Shown here piece by piece: positions 29,412-43,100 of a DNA stretch of 64,000 nt. The stretch's first letter is position 1; each line of letters starts with the position of its first letter. Position numbers and translations under genes: made by a program. The notes under the pieces were generated by a model. That model was not told where the DNA came from, searched no databases, and was given only the letters and a program-made list of their open reading frames with translations. This DNA comes from the human T2T-CHM13v2.0 reference genome, Homo sapiens: NCBI RefSeq assembly GCF_009914755.1, contig NC_060928.1; one strand, 5' to 3'.

Positions 29412-29932
29412 AAGAATTACGTTGAATTTCTCTTCAGAAACCACACAAGCAAGAAAATAGTGGAGTAAAATATTTTAAGTATTGTGAAAAAAAGGAACCC
29501 ACCAATCTAAAATTCTATATTCAGTGAAATTATCCTTAATATAGAATGAAGTAGAAATAAGGATTTTTTCAAACAGAAAAATGAAGGAGTTCATTACCAG
29601 CAGACCTGCCCTGCAAGAAATTTTAAAAGAAGTTCTTTGGGAAAGAAGGGAAATAATGTAGGTCAGAAACTTAGATCTACGTAAAGAAAGAGCATAGAGA
29701 ATAAATGAATGAAGGTAAAAACACAATATTTCATTTTCCTTATTTTTAATTGATCTAAAAGATAAATGTGTGTCTGAAGTAAACACTGTCAATGTGTTGG
29801 GTGATTACAGCATATGGATAAGTGAAAGTAATGACAGCAATATCATAAGGGACAGGAGGGACTTAGGTTTGTTAAAAATGTATATTTCAAACTCTAGGAC
29901 AATTACTAAAAATTTTTTAAAAGCTATAAATG

Positions 29933-30004
29933 TGCCATGCACATGTACCCTAAAACTTAAAGTATAATTAAAAAAAATAAATATAAATAAATAAATAAAT
30001 AAAT
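29933..30004 (+). mobile_element. Very short L1PA 3' tip with TSD
   Basis: tgcacatgtaccctaaaacttaaagtataat followed by (TAAA)n. TSD aaaagctataaatg at 29919-29932 and 30005-30018. Confidence 0.92.
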
Positions 30005-30347
30005 AAAAGCTATAAATGGTAGGCTAAGAAGAGAGAAAATAGAATCCTATAAAATTCTCAAGTAATTTTGACAGAGAGCAGAAAAGGTTGGGGTAGAGAG
30101 CGGGAACAAAGAAAAATGTAGGGAATAATAAAAATTACAAGTATGAGAGATATAACCCAACCACGTTAGTGAAGCCAAGTAAGAACTACTTAAGTTTAGT
30201 GAATAGTCTAAGAACGCCAATTAAAAGACAGAGATTGCCAGAATGGATAACAAGCAAGACCCAATAATATGTTGTCTATAAAAAACTCAATTTAAATATT
30301 AAGACACGGGTAAATCAAAAGTGAAAAGTGAAAGGGTTGGAGCAAGG

Positions 30348-30502
30348 TAGGTTGGAGGTTGGTGCAAAAGTAATTGCGGTTTTGCAAATGGCATTGAAAG
30401 TAATGTAATGAAATTGAAATACAAGAAGAATGAGAAAATGAAGCACAAGAAATATTCAAATATTAATGACAGAGATCAAAACACAGATACACCAACCTAA
30501 TA
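30348..30502. mobile_element. Rearranged MADE1 (Hsmar1 MITE)
   Basis: Left arm aggttggtgcaaaagtaattgcggttttg...attgaaagtaatg. Only the right tip caccaacctaa remains, with foreign sequence in between. Confidence 0.88.
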
Positions 30503-32720
30503 CCATGCTAACACTAATCAAAGTAGAGCTGGAAAGTTGTACTAATTTCAGAGAAAGAAGATTTTAGAAAAAGAAAAATTATCATGAATGAACAGAAGCA
30601 TTATATAATGATAAAGATATATTCTCCAAGAAAACAGAAAACTCTTAAACAGGTATGCACTTAACAACAGAGTGTCACAATATGTAAAGCAAAAGCTGCT
30701 GGAATTGAAAAGAGCAATAGACAAGTCCACTATTGTATAAGATTTGTGATATACTTGCTTGGTTTGGAGATCTTGACCTGTATTTGTGTGTACTTACAGG
30801 GTTAGGTGTTGCCTGACTACTTTCATCTAGATGGTAAACAGCAACATTTAATTTTACTCTCTTCTATTTGAGTCCTTACATTAATTGGATTTTATTTTTA
30901 CTGAGAGGCTGTAAAATACAGTCATCATAGTGAACCAAAATTAAAGTTAAATAATGTGGAAGCAGAACAGAGTACTGCTCATGTGAAGGTCAGTTCAATA
31001 ATATATTACTGAGGGGGCCTTCCAACCAGATGAATCTATAAGACATTCTCTCTGACATACAGTTGAGAGCAGTAATTAAGTATTGATTTAATAACTGCCA
31101 TTTAACAAATATGAGAATGTATACAGAAAACACAATCCTTTAAAAGGCATCTCATTGGAGGATTACTCTAAAATCGACATCATTATCGGTAGATCCACCA
31201 GTAAAATTTTGAGTTAACTAAGGATTCAATATATAAGAAATAAATCAGTTCAGTTTCATGTTAGATTAAAAATATATAGAATATTTATCTACTCTGTATC
31301 AAAAAACTACCAAGCAAATCTCACCATATACCTCTCCTGATTCATTACCGATTTTCTTTCAAAAAGTTAACTCCCCATGGTAAAACTCCTAATCTCTTTT
31401 GTGATAAACAAAATTAATATCTTATTTCAAAATAATTTTTATGACTTATCATAACATTTAAATTTAAATTTATCTTTATAAAATCTACTGAAATTGATTT
31501 CATTTGACTCCAATAACTCCAGAACTTCCATTACCATATGCGTACTGCTGTAGCTGATGAGATGTGCTTTAAAACTTTCATTTTTGTTTGTTGTAATTTC
31601 TCTTACATTCTCTATTGGATGGATACTTCTTTGGGAAGAGAGAGCTCCTATTTTTCTACATGCATCTTCTTTGTAATACAGGCGAGGTGTCTACTCAAGA
31701 AATATGAGGAAGAAATTTCAGCTCCTTGACCTAGTTAAGCTTAAGATTGCTTTCGTTGCATTTAAGTTTCCCTCAGCAATATTATAAGAAGTCCTTTAAC
31801 AGCTTCATGAGATAAAGTGAAATTAATACTTAATCCTTAAAAACTTTTAAATATTCAAAGCTCTTATATTTAATGACTTATTCCTAACCCTAGATATTTG
31901 AGTGACAGTTTTCTGGGAGAATTTGGGAAATATCTCAATGACAGATTAAAAGCACTTAAAATTTGTTCCACAGATGAATTTAAAGAATTACATTTTGTTT
32001 AGTATTCTTACACTAAAACACAATAACTTTTTTATTGAAATGATTGTTTATTGATATTCTTTCATAGAAAGTCCTAAATTCTTATATAACTTTAATTCTG
32101 CTCATATATTACAGCACAATTCACAATGTAGTGTATCATTCATTTTGAACAACTTGTTCTCAAAAAGGCTTTGGATGAATGTATGATGTAAACAGTACTT
32201 CAGTATCAGGGGATTAAACCTTGCCTTTCCCAGGATTTTTCATTGCAGTCAATTGAATACAAATTGTATCATTTAAATCAGCTGTACTCTTTCAAATTAC
32301 TATTTTGAGACACTTGCCTGTAATTAATTAAATTGTTTTCATAAGATAAATAATAAATACCTAACTTTTGATAAATGGCTATACTTTTCCAAATTCTAAA
32401 GAATTATGTAAAGATTATAGATTATTACAAAGAAAAGTTATACTAGTAAGTAAGTAGGGACAAATAATTTAGTGCTTTACTTTTATTGTTATTTTAACAT
32501 GTTTTTATATTTTAAGTTTATTTTTAAGCAAATAAGTCTAAAATTGTACATTTCATTTTGTGTTTTCCAACTACCAAGAATTTTAAAAATGATTTTAAGT
32601 GCTAGAGATGAGTAAAAGTGTTATGAATTTTTAAAGGCTTCTTTTATATTCTCTAAAAGATGTAATAGTATGAATATGCATTATATACTCTGCCCCTAAC
32701 CCTTGTTTGTTTTTCATAAG

Positions 32721-32860
32721 AGTTTCCTGCTGGTTCAGTCCATGTCAATGTCTACTGTGATGGAATCGTTAAAGCTACAACCAAAATTAAGTACTACCCA
32801 ACAGCAAAGGCAAAGGAATGCCTATTCAGAATGGCAGATTCAGGAGAGAGTTTGTGCCAG
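32721..32860 (+). CDS. BANK1: BANK1 coding exon (exon 5, 140 nt, phase 1 to 0), DBB domain
   Basis: Boundaries tttttcataAG| and CAG|GTaagt. Translates (E)FPAGSVHVNVYCDGIVKATTKIKYYPTAKAKECLFRMADSGESLCQ. Confidence 0.97.
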
Positions 32861-33560
32861 GTAAGTTAATCTTTCCACGAAGTTAATCATAATGTAAGCT
32901 GAAGAGCTAATGAAGGATAAGAGGATTCATGCTTTGGTATAAGTTTGAATGTGGATTGAATAAGAGTGAATTACTACCAATCAATAGGAAGGGAAGAGGC
33001 AACCTCTGTTGTGCCAAAATGCAGACAAATTACTTTGCCTAGGTCAAAAAAAAACAGATAATGTCAATGGAAAACAGCTTATTCATTACAAGGTAGCCAT
33101 TGTGATGGGCTCATTTTAAAGCTGTTACAAGCAGATAAAGGGAAAGCAATTAGAAAGAACTCCTAAGAAATGAATTCCTTCTTTATTCAGATCTGCATAA
33201 CACAAAGTAAAATGAAAGTCTAATCATCTGTCTCATGCTTTGAGATTAAGGAGTTAGACAAACCAAAATATCACCAAAAAGGGAACGTGTGGTGTCAATC
33301 TAGAAATTGTTACTTTCATGTGGACACATCTAAGCTCAGTGTATGTTTTTCTTAGTTTCATTTATCATTGTTATCTGATTGTGAAAATTATTTTTTCTTT
33401 GTGATGTTTATTAGGAATATGTGCTTATTCCATCAAATTTTCAGAGTGAAATGCCATTTCTATTTATAACAATTTGATAACTAGAATTGTAACTTTGCTT
33501 ATTTGTCTCAGTTTTTTGCGTGGGTGAGAGGTAGAAGAGGGTAGAGAAAGGAAGTCGAAG

Positions 33561-33623
33561 TATCTTCAAATTTACCATAAAATTTACCATAAAAACCTAT
33601 CTTCAAATTTACCATAAAAACCT
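33561..33623. repeat. Nested short tandem duplications
   Basis: tatcttc-aaatttaccata-aaatttaccata-aaaacc-tatcttc-aaatttaccata-aaaacc. Confidence 0.9.
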
Positions 33624-34920
33624 GTAAGGTTTTTAACAAAACTGTCAATGATAATGTAGCTGACAAGTTGTCATGAAGCTTTATGTGTTTAAACTAGTTT
33701 AGAATTGGAGGATTTGTTATTTCATGTGACACATTTTTCTATTAGGGTTTTATTTTTATATTATATGAACGACATATTTTAGAACAACAGAAAAGGTAAA
33801 CATTAAGACAGGTAGTGAAATAACATTTGTCAAAATGGAGAGTCTGAGGACATTTGACAAAATGTCTATATTGTAATTCCAAAGCAAGTAGAAAAGTAAT
33901 AGCTTAAAAAACAGACTGTTTCATTTTCTTGTGACAAGTCCACCTTATCCTCTACTTAAAAATTATATTCATAACAAAAAAGATTAATAAAGGTAATATA
34001 TTGCATTGTGACTATCCAGTCAGTGTAGAAGTAAAGTAGTCCCCAAACATATTTTCTGTTGGTCTTTCTGTTGTGGGTGGGGATCTTTGAATATAGTAAA
34101 AATTAAATGTAATTTATGACTCCTGGACAATTGGTCAGGATGCTATAAATACACAAGTCATGATTTCTTTTACAGCTTGAAGTGAAAACAAAAAGTGAGT
34201 TTGCTAGTTTTTAGATAAGTAGAAAAATGCTGTTTCATTTTTACCCTCTGTACTGGAAATGAGGGGAAAGAAAGGGTCATTGCTTTTCTCAAGGATTTTT
34301 CTCTACCACCAAGCTCTGGCGGCCTGTAGAAGGGAGGATGTTGGGCAGGCACAGGATGATTCAGGTTTTACCATCAGGAGAGAGCCATTTTAAGTCAGAG
34401 GTCTGAGTAATGATGGACAGAATTACTCTAACCCGGTGGCAGCAAACCATGGCATGGCAAGGAGAGACATTAAGAGATTGTTTAATTTATGTAATTTAAG
34501 GCAGGTTTAGAGGTTTTGCAACTGTCATGAGGGCACCTAGAAGTATTGTGGGATTAGAGAAAACAAAATCTGAGACTGGGATCTCAGACCAGATCAAGCT
34601 GTACTGTAACAGGGGATAGAAGGAAAGGCTGCACTTGAGTCAGTCTCCCAAACATCTTGGACTAAGTGTGACATGGGGTTTGTCTAAATCTTCTGGCATC
34701 TGGACCACACAGGGTATCTGTGAACTCACTGAGAAGTTGAAAAGCACTTTCTACCCCTGAGGAAGCAACTGCAGAGGCATTGCCATGGTGTATTTTAGAT
34801 TTGTTTGACCTCGAGGGAGTTGTCCTAGCCCACACTGTGTTTCTCCTTCAGGGCATTTGGTTTTCCTTTCTGTATTTGCCTTTGCTCCCACATAGATTAT
34901 ATATATTTAACAAATTTTGT

Positions 34921-35314
<394 letters not shown>

Positions 35315-35534
35315 TCATGGGCTACTCAGCCATTTTTTTTAAGAAATGTGAATATTTTGCCCGTGGTTCACTCTGAACATCTGTATTGAAAACACAATGT
35401 AAATTGTAATTTTATTTAGCATAGTTACTGTTTATATGTCAGAATATATGCCAGAAGATTTGAATTTTTAAAATAACCTACTTACTTAGCTGAAATGTTA
35501 TATTGTAAGAACTTTCCTGAGTTTTCTAGTAAAT

Positions 35535-35810
35535 TTTAATGGCAGATGTGATTTCAGTAATCCTAAAAATTAGTAGTAAGATCTTTCTCATGAGCATTTA
35601 AAAGCTGTTGGGCATGTAATAACATGAACATTGTGTGAATTTGAGGAAAGAATTACTAATGAGAAATCTGCAGGATTTAAGTTTCAGCAATTGTTGAGTT
35701 TGTAATAAGAGACCTTGTATTATCATTTTAAAAAAACTGCGCATATAGCAAAATGAGCGTTCTGTGAATTTGAGAAAAGAAGTAATAATGAGAAATCTGG
35801 CTTTCTAATT
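35535..35810. repeat. Diverged ~129-bp tandem duplication
   Basis: tgtgaatttgaggaaagaattactaatgagaaatctg (35634) matches tgtgaatttgagaaaagaagtaataatgagaaatctg (35763); weaker similarity extends upstream. Confidence 0.8.
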
Positions 35811-37539
35811 TAATTTTTAATGATGTCTATTAGGTTTTAGAACACTAATCTGAATGGTTTAATTATCTATCTGCTTTTTTAATCATTTCATCTTTGTTAG
35901 ATAAACACTGAATCCCAGAACATAGCCTCATAAAGGTGAAATTTCCAGAACATCACTTAAAACAGTGAATATAAGAGAGATTCAAATGAAAGAAATCCAA
36001 AGCCCAGTTTGGGATGATAATTAGAATTGAAGTGCTAGTGTTAGAAATACTGGTAACTCCTATTGAACTAAGGTAATTAAAATCTTTGAGACTTTCATCC
36101 TATTTACAAAAATGTCTTGGGGAAATAATAAAGTTAACTTTGTAACTAGATAACAATATAAAAGGGAAATAACATCGAAAGGCTAAAAGAACACAGTAAT
36201 TATTAATTTAAGTAGTAGGATCCTTTTCAGTAAAAGATTTTTGAAATGACACCAAATAATTCTTCTTAGTTATATTGCTTATTAGTAAAAAGGTATCTTT
36301 GTTTTGCACGTATTTATCCTTTTGCATATTTTACTTTACACATATTGAAATATTATTTTCATTTTCATGTCAGGTACACTTCTGTTTTTATTCAATTGCA
36401 TGTATTATTCAATCTTTGATTTGCTGCCTGCAAATATTTGATACAATGTAAAGCCAAATGGGTTTTGAATTAGGAAAGGTACGGACTTAGGGAACTCTCA
36501 TCGTGAAGAACTTCTCCCTGTGCTTCTGTTAATAGTTCCCTGAAAGGTTAATTTCTTCATTGAATTAAAGCTTAGATGTTAGCAGTTGTCTCCCTTAATG
36601 AATTCTTCAGGAGATTCTTCCCATCGAGAGATACTGGGAAGTCTCCTGCCTTTCAGAAATGCTTTTAGGTCCCTATCTTTCTCAAAAGCTTAATGGAAAC
36701 CTTCTTTTCTCTTCACCAGCTCCTATTGATAAGAGGTACAAATGCGTCTAGTCTCTAAGCTTTACCATACATCAGTGTTATCTAAGATACTTCCTTGCTA
36801 CAAACTTTCAGTGGCTTACTGGATAAGAAGGTTCAAACTTCTTTGAATGTCACACAGACTGCAGGTTCCCAAGTGTTTTCCAGAATCAACTCCTTTCACA
36901 GGCGCATCTTTTCCATGTCTTCTTAACTCTATGATTGCTATGTTCTAGCCACTCTTTTAGAGCATATTATGCTCTTTTCTTCAGGCCTCTCCCTTCTTTA
37001 ATGCATGAACACTGTGTTTTTCATGTTTGCATGCCCAGTATCTTTCACACAACTAGTTCCTGATACAAGGGGGCAACTAATATTTGTTGCTTAAAAAGTG
37101 GGGAAAACACAAACAGTTGCTTTTTACAGTGCTAATTGAGTAGATAAGTGAAAACTTATAGAACAGGAATTTAAATAAAGATAGAAAGTGAGAGGAAGGG
37201 GTGGAGCAAATTGGCAGAATAGAAGGCTCTACCAATTGTCCCCCTGCAAGGATTTATCAACTGTCTATATAAGAAAACCACCTTCATAAGAACAAAAAAT
37301 CAGGTGAGCACTTAAAGAATCTGGTTTAACGTTATATCACTGAAAGAGGCACTGAAGAGGTAGGAAAAAATCTTGAGTCAACAATGCCAACCTTCACTGA
37401 TCCTCTGGGAGCAGGTGTGGTGCAGAGACTGTTTCTGTGTGTTGGGGAGAGGGAGAGCACAGCAATTATGAGGCATTGAACCCTGAGCTGCCCTATTATA
37501 ACAGAAAATAAAACAGGACCAAACTCAGCTGACATTCAC

Positions 37540-37901
37540 TGTATTAATCCATTCTCACACTGCTATAAAGAACTACCTGATACTGGGTAATTTATAAAGA
37601 AAAGAGGTTTAATTGACTCACAGTTCTTGTGGCGGGAGAGGCCTCAGGAAACTTACAATCATGGTGGAAGATGAAGGGGAAGCAAGGTACATTTTACATG
37701 TTGGCAGGAGGTGGTTGGGGGGACTGCCACACATTTTTAAACCATCAGATCTCATTAGAACTCACTCACTATCATGGGAACAGCATGTAGGAGAAACCAC
37801 CCCCATGATCCAATCACCTCCCACCAGGGTCCCCCCCTAGATACATGGGGATTACAATTCAAGATGAGATTTGGGTGGGGACACAGAGCTAAACCATATA
37901 A
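37540..37901 (-). mobile_element. THE1D-like MaLR solo LTR nested in the L1MA 5' UTR
   Basis: tgtattaatccattctcacactgct...gagctaaaccatataa. Confidence 0.88.
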
Positions 37902-39811
37902 CCCACTTGTGGAGAGAGCATGTAAACCAGCCCTAGCCAGAGAATTATTGATTCCAGCACTCTGAAGTTGAGTTCCTGCAAGCCTTTCCACTACTGGCTA
38001 AAGTGGTCTGTGGCACAAAATAAACTTGAAAGGCAATCTAGGCCAAAAGGATTGCAACTCCTAGGCAACTCCTAGTGCTCAACTGTGCCCAGTGACAGTG
38101 GACTTGGGGGCACACAACCCAGTGAAACACAAGCTGGAGTGGCTAAAGGAGTGACGGTATCACCCCTCTCCTAACCCCAGACTCAAAAGCTCATGGCTCC
38201 AAAAGAGACCCCTTCCCTCTGCTTTAGGAAAGGAATGGAAGAGTGGGGAGGACTTTGTGTGGCATATAGGATACCAGCTCAGCCGCAACAGGATAGGACA
38301 CTGGTCAGAATAGGGAACCCACTGCCTTGAAGGAAAGGATCCAGTCCTGGCAGCATTCATCACCTGCTAACTGAAGAGCCCTTGGCCCTGAATAAACAGC
38401 AGTGATATCCAGGTACTACATCAAGGGCCTTGGGTGAGACTTGCTGGCTTCAGGTGAGACTCATCACATTCCCAGCTGTAGTGGCTAAGAGGGAAGACTT
38501 TCTATGCTTGAGAAAAGTGAGGGAAAAGTAAAGGGAACCTTGTCTATCCCCAGGTCCAGGTGGCACAGAACAGAGGGAGGCTTTGTTTGGGCCAAAGTAA
38601 GGGAAGAGAATAAGAGTCTCTGCCTGGTAATCCAGAGAATTCTTCCAGTTCTTGTCCAAGACCATCAAGGCAGTACCTCTATGAGTCTGGAAGAACTACA
38701 ATGTTACTAGGCTTAGGATGCCCCCTAAAACAGATACGGCTTAGATCACAACACACAAGTCTTTAAAATCTGGAAACCCTTCCCAAGAAGGATGGATACA
38801 AACAAGCCCAGATTGAGAAGGCTTCAATAAATACCTAACTCTTCAATGCCCAGACATAGGCAAACATCTATAAATATCAAGACCCTCTAGGAAAATATGA
38901 CCTCACCAAATGAACTAAATAAGGCACCAGGGACTAATCATGAAGAAACATAGATATGTGACCTTTCAAAGAACTCAAAATAGCTGTTTTGAGGAAACTC
39001 AAAGAAATTCAAGGAACACAGAGAGGGAGTTAAGAATTCTGTCAGAGAAATTTAATAAATAGATTCAAATAATGAAAAAGAGTAAGGAGAAATTCTGGAG
39101 CTGAAAAATGAAGTTGGCATAATGAAGAATGCCTCAGAGTCTTTTAATAGCAGAATTGGTCATGCAGAAGAAAGAACTAGTGAGCTTGAAGACAGGCTAT
39201 TTGAAGATATGCAGTCAGAGGAGAAAAAGAAAAAAAAAAAGAAACCATCAGGCACACTTATGGGATCTGGAAAATAGTCCCAAATGGGCAAATCTAGGGG
39301 TTAGTGGCCTTAAGGAGGAGGTAAAGAAAGATACAGGGGTAGAAAGTTTATTCAAAGGGGTAATAACAGATAATTTCCCAACCTAGAGAAAGATATCAAT
39401 GTCCAAACATGAGAAAGTTATAGAACAGCAAGCAGATTTAACCCAAAGAAGACTACCTCAAGGCATTTAATTCACAAACTCCCTAAGGTTAAAGATGAGT
39501 CCTTCAATCAGAAAGAAAAGGATGTCTGTGAGCAATAAGAAAGCATCTGAAGGTACAAAACTTACTAGTAATAGTAAGTACACAGAGAAACACAGAGAAC
39601 TGTAACACTGTAAGTGTGGTGTGTAAACTACTCTTATTTCAATTAGAAAGAGTAAGCGATGAACCAATCAAAAATAGTAACTACAACAACTTTTTAAGAC
39701 ATAGTCTAATAAGATATAAATAGAAACAACAAAAAGTTTAAAAGCAGGGGATGAACTTAAGGTGTAGATCCTGTATTAGTTTTATTTTTGCTCGTATGTT
39801 TGTTAGTATTA

Positions 39812-40199
<388 letters not shown>

Positions 40200-43100
40200 T
40201 TATATCACAGAGGAAATTACTTTCACTAAAAGGAAGAGAGACAAAAAGAAAGAAGGACAAAAAGGCCACAAACAACCAAAAAAACAAATATCAAAATAGC
40301 AGGATTAAGTCCTTACTTATCAGTAAAAACCTTAAATGTAAATGGACTAAACTCTTCAATCAAAAGACAGAATGGCTGAATGGATTAAAAACAAAAAAAA
40401 AGACCTAGTGATCTGTTGACTACAAGAAATGCACTCTATAAAGACACACATAGACTGAAAATGAAAGGATGAAAAAAGATATCCCATGCCAATGGAAACC
40501 AAAAAAGAGCAGGGGTAGTTACACTGATAACAGAGAAAATAGATTTCAAGACAAAAACTATGAAAAGCGACAGAAAAGTTCACTGTATAATGATAAAGGA
40601 TTCAATTCGGTAACAGTATATGACAATTTTAAATATATATTTACCCAACACTGGAGCAACCAGATATAAAATCAAATATTACTAGACCTAAGGAGAGAAA
40701 TAGTCCTCAATATAATAATAGCTTGAGACTCCAACACCTCAATTTCAGCATCGGACAGATATTCCACACAGAAAATGAACAAAGAAGCATTGGACTTAAT
40801 CTGCACTATACCAAATGGACTTAATAAATATTTACAGAATGTTTCATTCAAGAGCTGTAGAATACACATTCTTTTCCTCAGCACATGACCATTCTCAAAA
40901 ATAGACCATATGTTAGGTCACAAAACAAGTTTTAGAGCAGTCAAAAATTTGAGATAGTATCAAACATTTTCTCTGACCACAATGGAGTAAAATTAGAAAT
41001 CAATAACAAGAGGAAATTTGAAAACTTACAAATACATGGAAATTAAACAATATGCTTTTGAACGGCCAGTGGATCAATAAGGACATTAAGAAGGAAACTG
41101 AAAAATGTATTGAAACAAATGATATGGCAGTACAACATACCAAAATCTATGAGATACAGCAAAAGCAGTACTAAGAGGGAAGTTTATATCTATAAGTGCC
41201 TATGTCAAAAAAAAAGAAAAGAAAAATGTTAAATAAACAATGTACCGATACATCTTAAAGAACTAGAAAAGCAAGAACAAACCAAACCCAAAATTAGTAG
41301 AAGAAAAGAAGTAATAAAGATCAGAGCAGAAATAAATGAAAATTGAAATGAAGAAAACAATATAAAAGATCAATGAAAAAGTTTTCTTTTGAGAAGTTAA
41401 GCAAAATTGACAAACCTTTAGCAAAACTAGCTAATGGTAAAGAGAGAAGATACTAATAAATAAAATCAGAGGTGAAAAATGAGACATTACAACCAATACC
41501 TAGAAATCCAAAGGATCGTTAGTGGCTACTGTGAGCAACTATATACCAACAAAGTGGAAAATCTAGAAGAAATGCACAAAGTCCTAGATACACACAAACT
41601 ACCAAGATTGAACCATGAAGAAAACCAAAACCTTAACAGACCAATAACAAGTAACTAAATTGAAGCCTAAAAAGTCTCAGTAAAGAAAAGCTTGTGACTC
41701 AGTGGCTTCACAGCTGAATTATAGCAAATACTTAAAGAAGGTTGAATACTAATCCTAATCAAACTATTCTGAAAAATAGAGGGGGAAGGAACACTTCCAG
41801 ACTAATTCTACGAGCCCTGTATTACCCTAATCCAGACAAACACACATCAAAAAAAAGAAAACTACAGGCCAATATCTTTGATGAATATTGATGCAAAAAT
41901 CCTCAACAAAATACTAGCAAACTGAATTCAGCAATACATTAGAAAGATCATTCATCATGACTAAATGGGATTTATTCTTGGGATGTAAGGATGTTTCAAA
42001 CTATGCAAATAAACCAATGTGATATATCGTATCAACAGAATGAAGGACAAAAACCATATGATCATTTCAATTGATGCTGAAAAAGTATTTGGTAAAATTC
42101 AACATCCTTTCATGGTAAAGACCCTCCAAAAACTGGGGATAGGAGGAACATACCTTGACATAGAAAAGCCATGTATGACAAACCTACAGCTACTATCATA
42201 CTGAATGGGTAAAAACTCAAATACTTTTCTCTAAGATCTGGAAGATGACAAAGATGCCCACTTTCACCATTGTTATTCAACATAGTACTGAAAGTCCTAG
42301 CTAGAGCAATAAGAGAAAAGAAATAAATAAAGACATCCAAACTGGAAAGGAAGAAGTCAAATTATCCTTGTTTGCGGATGAAATAATCTTATATTTGGAA
42401 AAAAACTAAAGACTTCACCAAAAACTATTAGAACTGATAAACAAATTCAGTAAAGTTGCAGGATATAAAATCAGCATACAAAAAACAATGATATTTCTGT
42501 ATGCCAACAGTGAACAATCTGAACAAGAAATAAAAAAAAGTCCCATTTACTGTAGCCACAAATAAAATTAAGTACCTAGGAATTAACCAAAAAAGTGAAA
42601 GATATCTATAATTAAAACTATAAAACACTGATGAAATAAAATGAAGAGATGAAAAAATAAAAAGACAGTTCATGCTCATGGATTGGAAGAACCTATGTTA
42701 GTATGTCCATACTACACAAAGCAATCTACAGATTCAATGCAATCCTATCAAAATACCAATCACATTCTTTACAGAAATAGAAAAAAAACTATCCTAAAGT
42801 TTATATGAAACCACGAAAGACTCAGAATAGCCAAAGCAACTCTAAGCAAAAGAAATTGGATGAATAACATTACCTAACTTCAAATATACTACAGAGCTAT
42901 AGTAACAAAAAACAGCATGATATTGGCGTTAAAACAGGTACATAGACCAAAGCAACAGAATAGAGAACTCATAAACAAATCCAAACACCTACAGTGAACT
43001 CATTTTCGACAAAGGTGTCAAGAACACACAGTGGGGAAAAGACACTCTGTTGAATGAATAGTGCTGGGAAAATTGCATATCCATATTGGAAGAGTGAAAC

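Larger units (their letters stand above)
27399..30745 (+). mobile_element. Old L1M (5' region, ORF1, start of the endonuclease) hosting several nested insertions
   Basis: ORF1-like (cagaaaccacacaagcaagaa, ccagcagacctgccctgcaagaaat) and EN-like (ccaattaaaagacagagattg, gacccaataatatgttgtcta) remnants. Boundaries approximate. Confidence 0.75.
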
